In this document: in pieces, positions 18,571 through 29,004 of the stretch
How positions within the stretch are numbered: the stretch's first letter is position 1
How the letters are laid out: the number at the start of each line of letters is the position of its first letter
Origin: a virus
Lineage: Duplodnaviria > Caudoviricetes
Length of the DNA stretch: 64,000 nucleotides
IMG/VR virus record: IMGVR_UViG_3300037851_000671
Span: 64,001 to 128,000 of that record
Strand: one strand, 5' to 3'
Translations under genes and position numbers: made by a program
Notes under the pieces: model-generated
The model's database searches: none
Seen by the model: only the letters and a program-made list of their open reading frames with translations
What the model was told of the DNA's origin: nothing

Positions 18571-20748
18571 ATGGCTGAAATATTTACCACAGAACAGATT
18601 CAGGCTTTTGCAGATAAAGCTGGTGCTGCAAAAGATTCGGTTATGGCGTGGTGGAATAGTCTTACCGGTATTCAAAAATCACTTGTAACAACAGCCACCA
18701 TAACGGAGCAGTTTAAAGGTAAAATACAAGACCTTGACAAGATAGTAAAAGAGACGCTAACATCTTCTGATGCTCTTTCTGGTGCGATGAAACGATTGCA
18801 AGAGAATGTTGGTTTCTCCTCTGAGAAATTTGAACAATTCGCGCAGAGCATAGAAAGGGCGGCTGGGAAAGCTACAAATTTCCAGATTCAAACAATGATG
18901 CTTATGGAGCCGATGCTTGGTGTTCTTCCAAAAATACCAACAGCATTTGGTAACATGGGAGATGCTGGGGATATAGCCGGAACCAAAATTGCCAATAGTT
19001 TTTCTATAGCTATTCCCTATCTTGAAAAACTGGGTTCTTTTGGGGCAGCTGGCGCAGCAATGTTCAAAGAATATACCGCTGGCGCAGATAGAGCCAATGG
19101 TCTTGAAAGAAGCATAGTTAGCCTTGTTTCAAGTGCCGGAGGCTTGAATTCTATGCTTGTTGAAAACGGACAATTAACAGGTGAGGTTCTTGACAGAAGA
19201 TATGCAACCTTTACCAGAAGGATGCATGAGATTGGAGATGCTACTGGGCACACAATAAGTGAAACCATGAATTTCGCTCAGGCTCTTGGTGCGATTCCAG
19301 AAGCTCTTAACCAGCCAATTAAATTATTGGATGGTGTTCGTGGTTCGTTATCATCTATGAGTCAGCTTGAAGCAAGTCTAACACTTGCCTCTTCATATGG
19401 ATTGAAGCACGGAGATGTTGTTGCCAGATTGACAGAGCTGTATCAGCGTTTTGGCACTCGTGGTACTGAGGCGTTTGAGTCTGTCAATGGAATATACAAA
19501 GCGGCTCAAGACCTGAACATGCCATTGAGCAACGTAACTAAAATTGTCACTGATTCTGCTAATCATTTCAAGCTTCTTGGTGATAATACACAAGCCGCAA
19601 CCAATGTTCTAAGGGCATTTGGATCTGCACTGAAGGACAGTAACCTTGGACCGGAAGGTGTAGAAAGAATTGTTGCATCAATGTCGGTAGGCGTTTCAAA
19701 AATGAGCGAGAGCCAGCAGGCTTTTGTATCTGCGTCTACTGGCGGGCCTGGCGGATTGGCTGGCGCATACCAAATCGAAAACGCCATTCAAGAAGGCAAA
19801 ATGGATGAGGTTCTTGGCCGAACAATGGAGGCCATGAAACGCGAGTTCGGCGGTCCAATACTTACTTTGAAAGATGCCGCTTCTGATCCTTCCAAATCAG
19901 GAGAGTTCTATAAGCAGGTACAATACCTTACTAAAGTAACTGGCATTGCAAGTGATAAACATGAGGCATATCGTATCTTGGAAGGAATGCAGAAAGGCGC
20001 TTTGGATGAAACTCAGATCGGAAGAAGGGCAAAGGGACCTGAGTTAAAGCAAGCACTGGAAAGGGGACATTTCCTACAAGAGCGCGGAAACACAGAACTA
20101 ACCAGGATTTACAATAGGATTAGTGAATACAACATAATTCAAGCGGCTGTTGAGCGTGGGGCCATATCAAAAATCATTGGTGCCGAGGGTTTTACAGGTC
20201 TTGGAGAAAGCATGAGAACAGCCGGTGGTAGGGCTGGTGCTGGCGGCGCTCTTGGACAATCATATGATGAAAATGGGAATGTATTGAGTACCACAAGGAT
20301 GGCAAGGGAAAGTTTTCAAGGCGCTGTCCAAGCTCCGCTTGATGTTGTACACAAAATAGCGCCAATGCTTGCTCCGTTAGTAGGAAGTTTAAAAGACCAC
20401 ACACAAGCATTTCTTACCGGAGGAAAGATTAAACAAACAACTAGGACAGCTGGTTTCATAAGCACAAGACCAACAAAAGCAGAGGGTCACAAATGGGGGC
20501 AGCCTGGTTTTGGAGTATCGCCGGCCGCAAGAGGAATGCCATCTTTTCCAGGTCCTAATGCTGCCGGCGCCCAAGGCTTTACCATCAATCAAGGCAAACC
20601 ATTTGCGCTTGAACCGGTCAAAGGAACTATTGATGTTCATATCAAATTCTCCGATATAAAAGATGGGTTGTCTGATCTTGTTAAAAAAGAACTCAAGATT
20701 CAAGGCAGAGAAAACCAGTTCGGTAGAAACGCTGGTGTTAAGCCATGA
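18571..20748 (+). CDS. Tape measure protein
   Basis: Ala/Gly/Leu/Met-rich helical protein of about 725 aa after the chaperone pair. Start at ATG 18571. Confidence 0.75.
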   Translation: MAEIFTTEQIQAFADKAGAAKDSVMAWWNSLTGIQKSLVTTATITEQFKGKIQDLDKIVKETLTSSDALSGAMKRLQENVGFSSEKFEQFAQSIERAAGKATNFQIQTMMLMEPMLGVLPKIPTAFGNMGDAGDIAGTKIANSFSIAIPYLEKLGSFGAAGAAMFKEYTAGADRANGLERSIVSLVSSAGGLNSMLVENGQLTGEVLDRRYATFTRRMHEIGDATGHTISETMNFAQALGAIPEALNQPIKLLDGVRGSLSSMSQLEASLTLASSYGLKHGDVVARLTELYQRFGTRGTEAFESVNGIYKAAQDLNMPLSNVTKIVTDSANHFKLLGDNTQAATNVLRAFGSALKDSNLGPEGVERIVASMSVGVSKMSESQQAFVSASTGGPGGLAGAYQIENAIQEGKMDEVLGRTMEAMKREFGGPILTLKDAASDPSKSGEFYKQVQYLTKVTGIASDKHEAYRILEGMQKGALDETQIGRRAKGPELKQALERGHFLQERGNTELTRIYNRISEYNIIQAAVERGAISKIIGAEGFTGLGESMRTAGGRAGAGGALGQSYDENGNVLSTTRMARESFQGAVQAPLDVVHKIAPMLAPLVGSLKDHTQAFLTGGKIKQTTRTAGFISTRPTKAEGHKWGQPGFGVSPAARGMPSFPGPNAAGAQGFTINQGKPFALEPVKGTIDVHIKFSDIKDGLSDLVKKELKIQGRENQFGRNAGVKP

Positions 20749-20770
20749 GGCATAATCAGCCATATTTGGT

Positions 20771-21802
20771 ATGGTGTATGATCTTCAAGGACAAGCAGAA
20801 AACACGTACAGAATAACTCAAGGAGCGGTAAATGGACCATCTCCAGATCCTCCTGGTTTTACTGATACGGCATCAATACCAAGCAAAACCGGAAATGCTG
20901 TAAGACAAGCTCGTTTTCAATCCAATAGAGCTGCTACTGCTCGTCGAAACCTTATTCGTTGGTTCGTGCCTGAGACCGGTATTGTTGAGATGTTTGTTAA
21001 CCCATCTTCAATCAAATACACAGAAAAGAAGGTGATTTCAGAAACAAGAACCAGGGGAGGTTATGTTCTTCAATACTGGGGAGAGGAACTTGAAACCCTA
21101 AACATCACTGGAAATACAGCAAGCTCTGGTATTGAGGGAATCAATGTCCTCAGAGACATATACAGAAACGAACAGGTATCCACAGATCCTTTGGCCATTG
21201 CGTTGACCGCTTATCGCGAGAAGCAAAACGCAACCGCCAAGTCTGAGTTTACAGTTGACAATTTCTTCGGTGGCGTTGGAAACCTTCTTCAGGGCGCGGC
21301 AGACGATGTGTTTCGCTCAGTCAATAACCTTGTGCAGTATGGAAACATCAACCCTAGCGTTCCAAGACCAACTCTAGCCTCAATGGCCTTTACAGTAGAG
21401 ATGTATTGGTCAGGTTGGGTGTTCAGAGGTTACTTTACTGATTGTGCTGTTGATGAAACAGCAGATAGCCTTGGTTTGTTCAATTATCATATCAACTTCA
21501 AAGTAACACAGATGAGAGGATGGAGAAATAACTTCATGCCTTGGCATAGGTCTGCTGTCAACGGTCCATCCAACTCGGACCCTCAATATGGCCGTCCTTA
21601 TTCGTTTGCGTATATGAAAAGGCAAACACCACAACCAAATATTGTTGGTGGTAGGGAGATTCTTCCCCCTTTGCTAACTCCTACAACTGGAATAGATCCA
21701 AACACAGAAATAACAACCAATACATCTATGAATCGTTTGCCAAACAACGTTATACCAATTCAACAATCATTGACAAGCGGTCGTGCTATTATTGGTAAAT
21801 GA
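20771..21802 (+). CDS. Tail tube initiator/baseplate-tube junction protein
   Basis: FVNPSSIKYTEKK..RTRGGYVLQYWGEELETLNITG..FRGYF..YHINFKV pattern, located after the tape measure. Confidence 0.6.
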   Translation: MVYDLQGQAENTYRITQGAVNGPSPDPPGFTDTASIPSKTGNAVRQARFQSNRAATARRNLIRWFVPETGIVEMFVNPSSIKYTEKKVISETRTRGGYVLQYWGEELETLNITGNTASSGIEGINVLRDIYRNEQVSTDPLAIALTAYREKQNATAKSEFTVDNFFGGVGNLLQGAADDVFRSVNNLVQYGNINPSVPRPTLASMAFTVEMYWSGWVFRGYFTDCAVDETADSLGLFNYHINFKVTQMRGWRNNFMPWHRSAVNGPSNSDPQYGRPYSFAYMKRQTPQPNIVGGREILPPLLTPTTGIDPNTEITTNTSMNRLPNNVIPIQQSLTSGRAIIGK

Positions 21803-21826
21803 AAACAGGTGGATATAAGGTAAGTC

Positions 21827-24800
21827 ATGGGATTTCTTTCAGGTCTTGGCGATGTCATCAACGATCAGTTGGGCACAGGTGAAAATACAACACACTCACT
21901 TGACTCAAGTGATGGCGTTGTAAAAGGTTACGGAAAACTGGGCTCATATGCTCAGAAGATAGATCAGTCTGCCGAACGTTCCTACATAGAAGACGGTTTC
22001 ATCCGTAACTTTGGCCCAAGACTGAGAAACATCATTTTCCAAGAGCCAGACGTTGTTATTGTAATCAAAAAGAGGATGTTCTCTTCTTTGATAAACAATC
22101 ATAAACTTGACCTTCTAGAAGAAAAAGAACAACTTGTAGTAAGGGCTGCTAAGAAACTGTTTCAGAATAAGTGTCGTTTAATATCAGCATATGAGAGATT
22201 GATCAAGGTTGAAAAGATGACTGTTGAGGCCGGTACGTTCAATACGTATCTTGGCCCAATGGTATTGAACTCTCTGGATGCTTTGGCTCCGGTTCTTGCA
22301 TTGATGGGAATACCTATCGACCCATCAACACAAAGGGCATTTGAGACACTTCGCCGTATTCTTGCTTACTCAGAGCCAGCCTCAGTATCTGGGTGGACCA
22401 ATACTGATTGGGATAGCGAGTTTGGAAACTCCTATGTTGGAGAGGGGCCAGGAACGTTTGAGCTTACGGTGGCAAGCTCAATCAGTACAACCACATCAAC
22501 TGAGCTTGGAGAAGGCAAAGCAGATCTTACTTTTGAGGACCCATACAACCTAATGTCCATTACAGAACAGGACATAGATCAGGCTTTGACAGATGCATCA
22601 AACCTATTCGTATCTGGTAGGTTTTTCAAATTCACAGAAATTGAAACACAGAATAGAGTTGAGGAGCTGAAGCGCAAGCTCGCACTGATAAGAGCCAACA
22701 GGGGCGCCAGCAACATTACCATAATGATTTCAGAAGGAACACTGCTTAGCCAGCGTGTTCGTGCAGTTGTAGATGAAGAAGGTATAGAGATCAAGTTCAC
22801 ATACAACACTGGCGTTCAAGAGGCTTTCAAGGGGTTCGAGAAAGCAAAAAGCTTCAAGGACGGAGCGTCATCTGTTGGAAGCCTATTCTCAAATGGCGGC
22901 ATTACATTTGATCCTCTGTTTGTTGTTGATAATGCTGAGCTGGTAAAAAATAGAGAAGGACCAGGGAACAAGCTTACGCAGGAAGAGGCCAAAATTCTTG
23001 CTGATCTGATCAAGTCAATATACAGCTTGATCAGTTTCAGGAAAACCAGCCAAAGAACGTTGAGCCGTCAAAATGCCGAACTCAACTATGCCAGAAACAG
23101 ACTCAGGATGATGTTCAATGGTCGTCACATCATTCAGCCAATGGACGTTGTCAACATTTTCATAACAACCAAGACTTATTACGATGAGCAGCTGACCAAT
23201 GGTTTCAAGAACGTATTTTCTGGTACCGGAAACTTGCGCCTGGCAGAGAAGTTCGACTCTTTGTTTTCTGGTATCAACAACAGTCTGAATCAGTTGCTTG
23301 GAAAGACATCCTATGATGACCTTGAGAAAAACGCTATTGTAGGACCGGAGTTCCCGATGTGGCTTTGGAGGATGTTCAAGAATGACATCACCAAGCAGGC
23401 AGCAGGTACGTGTGTATTCGTTGGAATATGCACAAACGTTTCTAGCAACTACTCGGCCGCTAATGGTAAGTTCAATCTAAACGTTTCATGCAAGGATAAC
23501 GCTCACTACTTTGAGCTTGGACAGGTAAACTTCCAGCCAGCTGCTGATGTGTTCAACTCAAGTATCTATGATCCGCTTACTCCTTTTGATGTTAGTTTCG
23601 ACGCAGCAACGGGAGCGCCACTAACATCCAATTCTGAGAACTACTTTCCTCCTTTGCTACCACAGAACCAAACCTTGCTTCAGACAGGTAAAGCCAGTTT
23701 CAGAACTGGCCCAAACAAAGGAGAGCAAGCAACCCCATTCCTTTATGGGGTCAATGATAAAGAGTACGCTTTCAATAACTTCAACCGTGTTTTGAATGAC
23801 CCGGCAGGTCTTGTGTATCGCTGGAAACAAGGAATACAAACCATAACAAAATTTGGAAGACCATCCCCAGTAAGTAGCCCAGAGCAAGAGCGTTCTGTGG
23901 TTCTTACAGATCATCCTTTTGCTGGCCAAGACATGATGAATGTGTTGTCATCTTTGATCACCGGAGAACCTTACAACTATGTCACATTTTTGAAAGCTGC
24001 TATTGCTAATGGTAACTCTGGCGGAATCACTAATACAAATGGGTCTCCTCCAGCCCAGTCATTTTTGGAAGGTTTGATGTATGACCTCCAAAAGAACAAC
24101 GCAATATGGGGCAATTTCGTACCATTCAAGAAACTGGTCATACCAAGAAGTTTGAATGAATTTATTGCAAAGACTACCCTTCAGGCGTTGCAGGTTAATA
24201 ACCAATTGAGTACACAGCTAAGGGAACGTGCGAAACTTATGGATGAGATAGCCCTGACCAATAATGGTATGGCAAAAGATCCTTATTCAACACTTCCTAA
24301 AGATGAAAACGGATACTACAAACAAAGAAGTGACGCCAACCCAACCATAATAATAAACCAGCTCAAGAGACAGTTGGACAGTGTCAATAAATCTGTAAAC
24401 AATTTGCAGAACGCATACATGGACACAATCAAAAACGCGCATGCTCCAAGCCCTGAATATGGTGTTGCGATTATTGGTAGTAACATAGATATCGTCAACG
24501 GAAATCAGTCAAATGTAAACGTCAAGAAACAAGCAGCGGCAGAGGATGATCGTCGTCGCAAACTACACTCCATCACACAGAGAAGGTTATGGGATGTCAA
24601 GGCCAACACTGATAAAAACCTATTCATTGTTGATGATCAGTATGACAACAATCTTGACTTGCAAGCATTTGAGAGAAAGATTGGCGGGAAGATGGAAATC
24701 TTCAGCAGTACATACGCCACAGTGATGGAGAAGATCAAAACTGTAAAAAGTTTCTTGGGGCTTGAGGTGTTTGCCAATACACAAGGACACATAGAGGTAA

Positions 24801-26992
24801 GACCACCACAGTACAATAAGATTCCAAGCAGCGTATTCTACCGCATGTTCCGCACCAGGGATGAAACAGGGTTTAGGGTATTTCCTGAGTTTCTTGAAAG
24901 CCTGTATTTCAATCAGCTTCAAGGTCTGTTTGATAGGATAGAGATCGTAGAAGATCACATACGCCTTCGTTGCATTGCGCTTGGAGCAACTGATGACAGA
25001 ACCAGTAAAGACCTTATTCTTAAATATCCTGAGTTTGCGTTCATAACAGATGAGAATACGGGTAAAATTACAGAAGGGTTGAGGCTCATGATTATGCAGG
25101 CTCACCCAGATCTGAAAGAGGGCCTGCAAAGCGAAGCTCTGAAAACACTTGATAAAAGCACAGCTACTTTCTCTGCTGTTGCCGGTGTTTCAAAACTGTT
25201 TGATGCGGTAACCCAAGCAAAACTCACAGAAGGAGCTGCCAACTATAGCATCTCTAACATGTCTGAGAACAGCGCCAAAATACGTGAGCGTCTGCGGTCA
25301 AAAACAGGACAAGAACCACCAAGCATAGTTGATATGTTTGGAACAAGTAAAGTTGGTGTTCTTGGTAAATCTGTAAGCCAGGTTGATAGGCTGGCGGTTG
25401 TAGATCAATTAGCAACGTTTCTTTCAGAGCGTCAAGAGGTTATCAAGTCCGCTACCAATGCAATGAAGAACTTGAAAGATGGTTTGTCACTAGTAGCGCC
25501 ACAGGTACAGAAGTCATTTCAAATAGATTCTGAGGGAACAGCTGTTACGTTGGGATCAAACGGCTCTGGTAATTTTGCAAGATCAGTAACTACTCCATTC
25601 CTAGCTCAGAAGACAGGAATACCACAACCTTTGCGCCATATGATTGAGTATGAGCAGGATGATGAATACGGTCCTGGTTCTGGCAATCGCTACATCATCA
25701 AAGGCAGCATGTACTCTTCTCTTTCAATAAGAGAAACACCACCAAAGCACACAATGATTAGCGTAACCGGGCTTATTGAACAAGGTTTTGTAGATCCTCC
25801 TTCTGATATGAATACAAGCTCTGATGGAAATGGCATGACAACCGCTTATGCAGTTGATTATGACATGTGGTATATGTACGGATTCCGCGTAGCGCCAGTT
25901 ACAAAGATTCCATTTTTCGGAGATCCAAAAGCTCAGTGTGCTCCTTTTGCAATAGCTCAGCTATTGCAAAACAGAGAGGAAATTCTAAGCGGCACGATTG
26001 AGATGAACGCTTACAACGAGTTTTACCAACCAGGAGATGTTGTTTACATAGAGGACAAGAATCTGTTGTTCTATGTAAGGTCTGTCTCACACAAGATGAA
26101 CGAGTTCAAGAGCCTTTCTACCACACTTGAATTGACATACGGCCATTCACCTGGCGAATATCTACCTAATATGCTGGATGTGGTTGGTAAGGTTATTTAC
26201 AACGCTAAGGGATTCCATGGTGCGTTTAGAAGCGATAGGTATGATTCAGTTGGAGCAAGGCGTCCGCTTGGGGTTATCATATACAATGCTACACAACCAT
26301 CAGCTACCAAGGCCAATACCAATCCAACAGCGGTGGCATCTTCTAGAAGCAGCAGTAATGTAAATCAAAACGCCACAACAGCTGGGGCTACCAAAATCAA
26401 CAACATCACAAAAGCCCTGTTTGGTGGCGCTTTTGGAACTCGTAACAAAGGTATTCTTTCCAATATCATGCTTGGAACATCTGGTGCTTTGAATCAGATG
26501 CATCTGCAAAGGACAAAGGCGTACATTGTGTTGAGGTATTACAGCCCAAGTGACAGAGAAGAAGAAATGCTGAATGCCGCTGATGCAATCAAACAGTGGT
26601 TGGTTGACCCTACACAATTCTCACAATCAACTCAAACCCTAATATCTGGTGGAGGAGGTGCGCCAAAGAATGGGTTTGGAATATCAGAAGATGACATCAT
26701 CATAGAACGAGTTGATCTTGATAAGAACGAATATGACACCGTAGACCCTGAAGAACAAGATACTCAACCAAATGATCAGGGACCGTCTTCTGCGGCATGG
26801 TCTGTGGCATGGGAGCTTGGAGGCGTAAAGCAGAAGCCAAAAGAGCTTGTGAAAAAGATGTCTGAGAATGTTATAGATGTGTTTATTGCTTACTACAAGA
26901 TACCGGCTGCTCAAACCACAACCAAAGACCAAACCAGCCAATCTGGACAGGCCAGTGCCGAAACTGTTATAGTTGCAAATAGGAGAGGCTAA
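21827..26992 (+). CDS. Baseplate hub protein (gp27/gpD-like) with large insertions
   Basis: C-terminal GTIEMN..YQPGDVVYI..FYVRSVSH..TTLELTYG motif typical of hub proteins, located before the spike. Confidence 0.65.
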   Translation: MGFLSGLGDVINDQLGTGENTTHSLDSSDGVVKGYGKLGSYAQKIDQSAERSYIEDGFIRNFGPRLRNIIFQEPDVVIVIKKRMFSSLINNHKLDLLEEKEQLVVRAAKKLFQNKCRLISAYERLIKVEKMTVEAGTFNTYLGPMVLNSLDALAPVLALMGIPIDPSTQRAFETLRRILAYSEPASVSGWTNTDWDSEFGNSYVGEGPGTFELTVASSISTTTSTELGEGKADLTFEDPYNLMSITEQDIDQALTDASNLFVSGRFFKFTEIETQNRVEELKRKLALIRANRGASNITIMISEGTLLSQRVRAVVDEEGIEIKFTYNTGVQEAFKGFEKAKSFKDGASSVGSLFSNGGITFDPLFVVDNAELVKNREGPGNKLTQEEAKILADLIKSIYSLISFRKTSQRTLSRQNAELNYARNRLRMMFNGRHIIQPMDVVNIFITTKTYYDEQLTNGFKNVFSGTGNLRLAEKFDSLFSGINNSLNQLLGKTSYDDLEKNAIVGPEFPMWLWRMFKNDITKQAAGTCVFVGICTNVSSNYSAANGKFNLNVSCKDNAHYFELGQVNFQPAADVFNSSIYDPLTPFDVSFDAATGAPLTSNSENYFPPLLPQNQTLLQTGKASFRTGPNKGEQATPFLYGVNDKEYAFNNFNRVLNDPAGLVYRWKQGIQTITKFGRPSPVSSPEQERSVVLTDHPFAGQDMMNVLSSLITGEPYNYVTFLKAAIANGNSGGITNTNGSPPAQSFLEGLMYDLQKNNAIWGNFVPFKKLVIPRSLNEFIAKTTLQALQVNNQLSTQLRERAKLMDEIALTNNGMAKDPYSTLPKDENGYYKQRSDANPTIIINQLKRQLDSVNKSVNNLQNAYMDTIKNAHAPSPEYGVAIIGSNIDIVNGNQSNVNVKKQAAAEDDRRRKLHSITQRRLWDVKANTDKNLFIVDDQYDNNLDLQAFERKIGGKMEIFSSTYATVMEKIKTVKSFLGLEVFANTQGHIEVRPPQYNKIPSSVFYRMFRTRDETGFRVFPEFLESLYFNQLQGLFDRIEIVEDHIRLRCIALGATDDRTSKDLILKYPEFAFITDENTGKITEGLRLMIMQAHPDLKEGLQSEALKTLDKSTATFSAVAGVSKLFDAVTQAKLTEGAANYSISNMSENSAKIRERLRSKTGQEPPSIVDMFGTSKVGVLGKSVSQVDRLAVVDQLATFLSERQEVIKSATNAMKNLKDGLSLVAPQVQKSFQIDSEGTAVTLGSNGSGNFARSVTTPFLAQKTGIPQPLRHMIEYEQDDEYGPGSGNRYIIKGSMYSSLSIRETPPKHTMISVTGLIEQGFVDPPSDMNTSSDGNGMTTAYAVDYDMWYMYGFRVAPVTKIPFFGDPKAQCAPFAIAQLLQNREEILSGTIEMNAYNEFYQPGDVVYIEDKNLLFYVRSVSHKMNEFKSLSTTLELTYGHSPGEYLPNMLDVVGKVIYNAKGFHGAFRSDRYDSVGARRPLGVIIYNATQPSATKANTNPTAVASSRSSSNVNQNATTAGATKINNITKALFGGAFGTRNKGILSNIMLGTSGALNQMHLQRTKAYIVLRYYSPSDREEEMLNAADAIKQWLVDPTQFSQSTQTLISGGGGAPKNGFGISEDDIIIERVDLDKNEYDTVDPEEQDTQPNDQGPSSAAWSVAWELGGVKQKPKELVKKMSENVIDVFIAYYKIPAAQTTTKDQTSQSGQASAETVIVANRRG

Positions 26993-28986
26993 TGTCAGAC
27001 TACGGACAGCTTTTACACTCAATCAAGTTCGGCTCGATTGATAGTTATGATTTTACCAACAACCGAGTGCGTGTTGAAATTCCTGGTGAAAGCACAACAA
27101 AATACACAACCGATGTTCCGGCTGGTTGGCGCGGACCCAAGGGAGAGTTCTCTGGAGGTTATCCTGCCAAAGGTACTCCAGTCATGCTTGGGCTTACTAC
27201 AGGTAACAGATACACAATCGTAGCCTATGCCACCTCAAACACTGGTGGAAACTTTGAGTGGAACGGTGTCAGACGCGTTGACATGAGCAAACTCAACAAA
27301 GAGGGCATGTGGGGTACCCTCATCACCAATGACATCCATATCATTCTTGACCCAGATCAAGGCGTCAAGACTGGTGACTCGAAACAGTATATCCAACAAG
27401 ACCCAATCAAGAAGATATTCACTGCCAATTTCGATCAGCACATGGCCTTTAGCCAATCGCACAGAAGCGTTACAGGCCCAGTGTTTAGGGATATTCGTGT
27501 TGATAGAACTCGTGGTATCAAAGGCTCAGCGCTTACTGACCATTTCTCACAAGGTCCACAAGGCTCCCTTACCAAAATAGGATTGGACGCAAAAAACTCT
27601 GTGGATTCTGCTCCAGGCAACACATCCATCAGCAAATCAGGTAAACGTAACCCTGGTTTTGTGGAGAGTCATACCACCTACTATGAGTTTGAAAACGCTT
27701 ATGGATTTACAACAGATCACAACGAGATAAAACAGCTTGATGGAGAAGACCCAGATCAGATTGGCGCATTCAGCCGTTACGATAGCAGAACCAATGTTCT
27801 AAGCTTGAGCATGGAGGCCCCTAACCATCTTGTGGAGACGGTTACAGGCACACTCGTTGACCTATATGGTAACATTCTTGACATCAATAGAGCCGTACTG
27901 CCAAACGGACAGAAAGAACTGACATTCAAGGGTAGTGATAAGCCTGCTTCAGAGGTGTACAAGAAACTTAGACAATTCACCTCTAAGAGTGTGGCATATC
28001 ACTGGGAATTGAATGCTAGAAAACCTGGATTCGATCTTCCTGACTACAATAACCAGTCTGACTACATCAGGGCGCGTAGCACTTTCTTCTGCGAGGTTGA
28101 TAAAGAAGGACAATTCAAAGTCAATGTTCCAGCATCTAGTGAAACTGGCAACGTACCGCTTCATACACGCTACGATAACTTCTCTGCTTTGAATGGGGCA
28201 AGCAAGAACGGAGACAGAACAGAGTTTGTTAGAAACGCTACTGATGGTACAGATGTAAAGCTTGTGGCTTTTGGTAAGGGATTTGCAACCCTCAAGAGTG
28301 GAGATCCAGATCTTCAGGCTTATGCGGCTCCTTTGGACAGGCTGACCAAAACACAAATCACACTTGGAACTGTGTTTCATGATCTGTCAACTACAATGGA
28401 TTTGCACAAGAGCACACAACCAACACCGCTCTATCCACAAAGCTATTTTACAACCATAGGGCCACAGATTACTGATGTGGTATCAAAAGAGGTAGTTGTA
28501 TATGGTGATGGGGCAAATGCTGGAGGACGAAGCGGCACCATAGCATTGGATGGTTTCTTATCCCTGAGCGTTGGCGCCAATACGGTGGATCGTCAAAGCC
28601 TGTGGTTGGATACAGCCGGAAGCATAGTTGGAGCTATTGGAAGAGATAGGTTCAACAGGTCTATGACATTGCAACTAGACGGTGACATGTATGTCCAGAT
28701 AGGGGCCGAGGGAGTCACTGGAGATAGCCGCTTCTCTGATGTACAAAGACTGAAAAATGGAACACTTGACATAAGGGTTGTAAACCAAGGTGGACAACAG
28801 ATAATAAGAATAGATTCTCGTGGTGTTTACATATACACACCTCAAGCAATTGAAGTTGTTTCTCAAGGAAACCTAACACTAAAATCAAGAGCCGATATGT
28901 ATCTTGATGCAGAGGGTATATACTTCTACACAGGAAAAAGCTCAGGTGGGCGTTATTTGGAAAGAAGCCTAGCTACAATACCTTAA
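26992..28986 (+). CDS. Baseplate central spike (gp5/gpV-like)
   Basis: N-terminal OB-fold pattern (GSIDSYD..RVRVEIPG..YPAKGTPVMLG) and C-terminal beta-repeat strands (IEVVSQGNLTLKSRADMYLDA). Confidence 0.7.
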   Translation: MSDYGQLLHSIKFGSIDSYDFTNNRVRVEIPGESTTKYTTDVPAGWRGPKGEFSGGYPAKGTPVMLGLTTGNRYTIVAYATSNTGGNFEWNGVRRVDMSKLNKEGMWGTLITNDIHIILDPDQGVKTGDSKQYIQQDPIKKIFTANFDQHMAFSQSHRSVTGPVFRDIRVDRTRGIKGSALTDHFSQGPQGSLTKIGLDAKNSVDSAPGNTSISKSGKRNPGFVESHTTYYEFENAYGFTTDHNEIKQLDGEDPDQIGAFSRYDSRTNVLSLSMEAPNHLVETVTGTLVDLYGNILDINRAVLPNGQKELTFKGSDKPASEVYKKLRQFTSKSVAYHWELNARKPGFDLPDYNNQSDYIRARSTFFCEVDKEGQFKVNVPASSETGNVPLHTRYDNFSALNGASKNGDRTEFVRNATDGTDVKLVAFGKGFATLKSGDPDLQAYAAPLDRLTKTQITLGTVFHDLSTTMDLHKSTQPTPLYPQSYFTTIGPQITDVVSKEVVVYGDGANAGGRSGTIALDGFLSLSVGANTVDRQSLWLDTAGSIVGAIGRDRFNRSMTLQLDGDMYVQIGAEGVTGDSRFSDVQRLKNGTLDIRVVNQGGQQIIRIDSRGVYIYTPQAIEVVSQGNLTLKSRADMYLDAEGIYFYTGKSSGGRYLERSLATIP

Positions 28987-29004
28987 ACCACAGGAAATTC
29001 TACC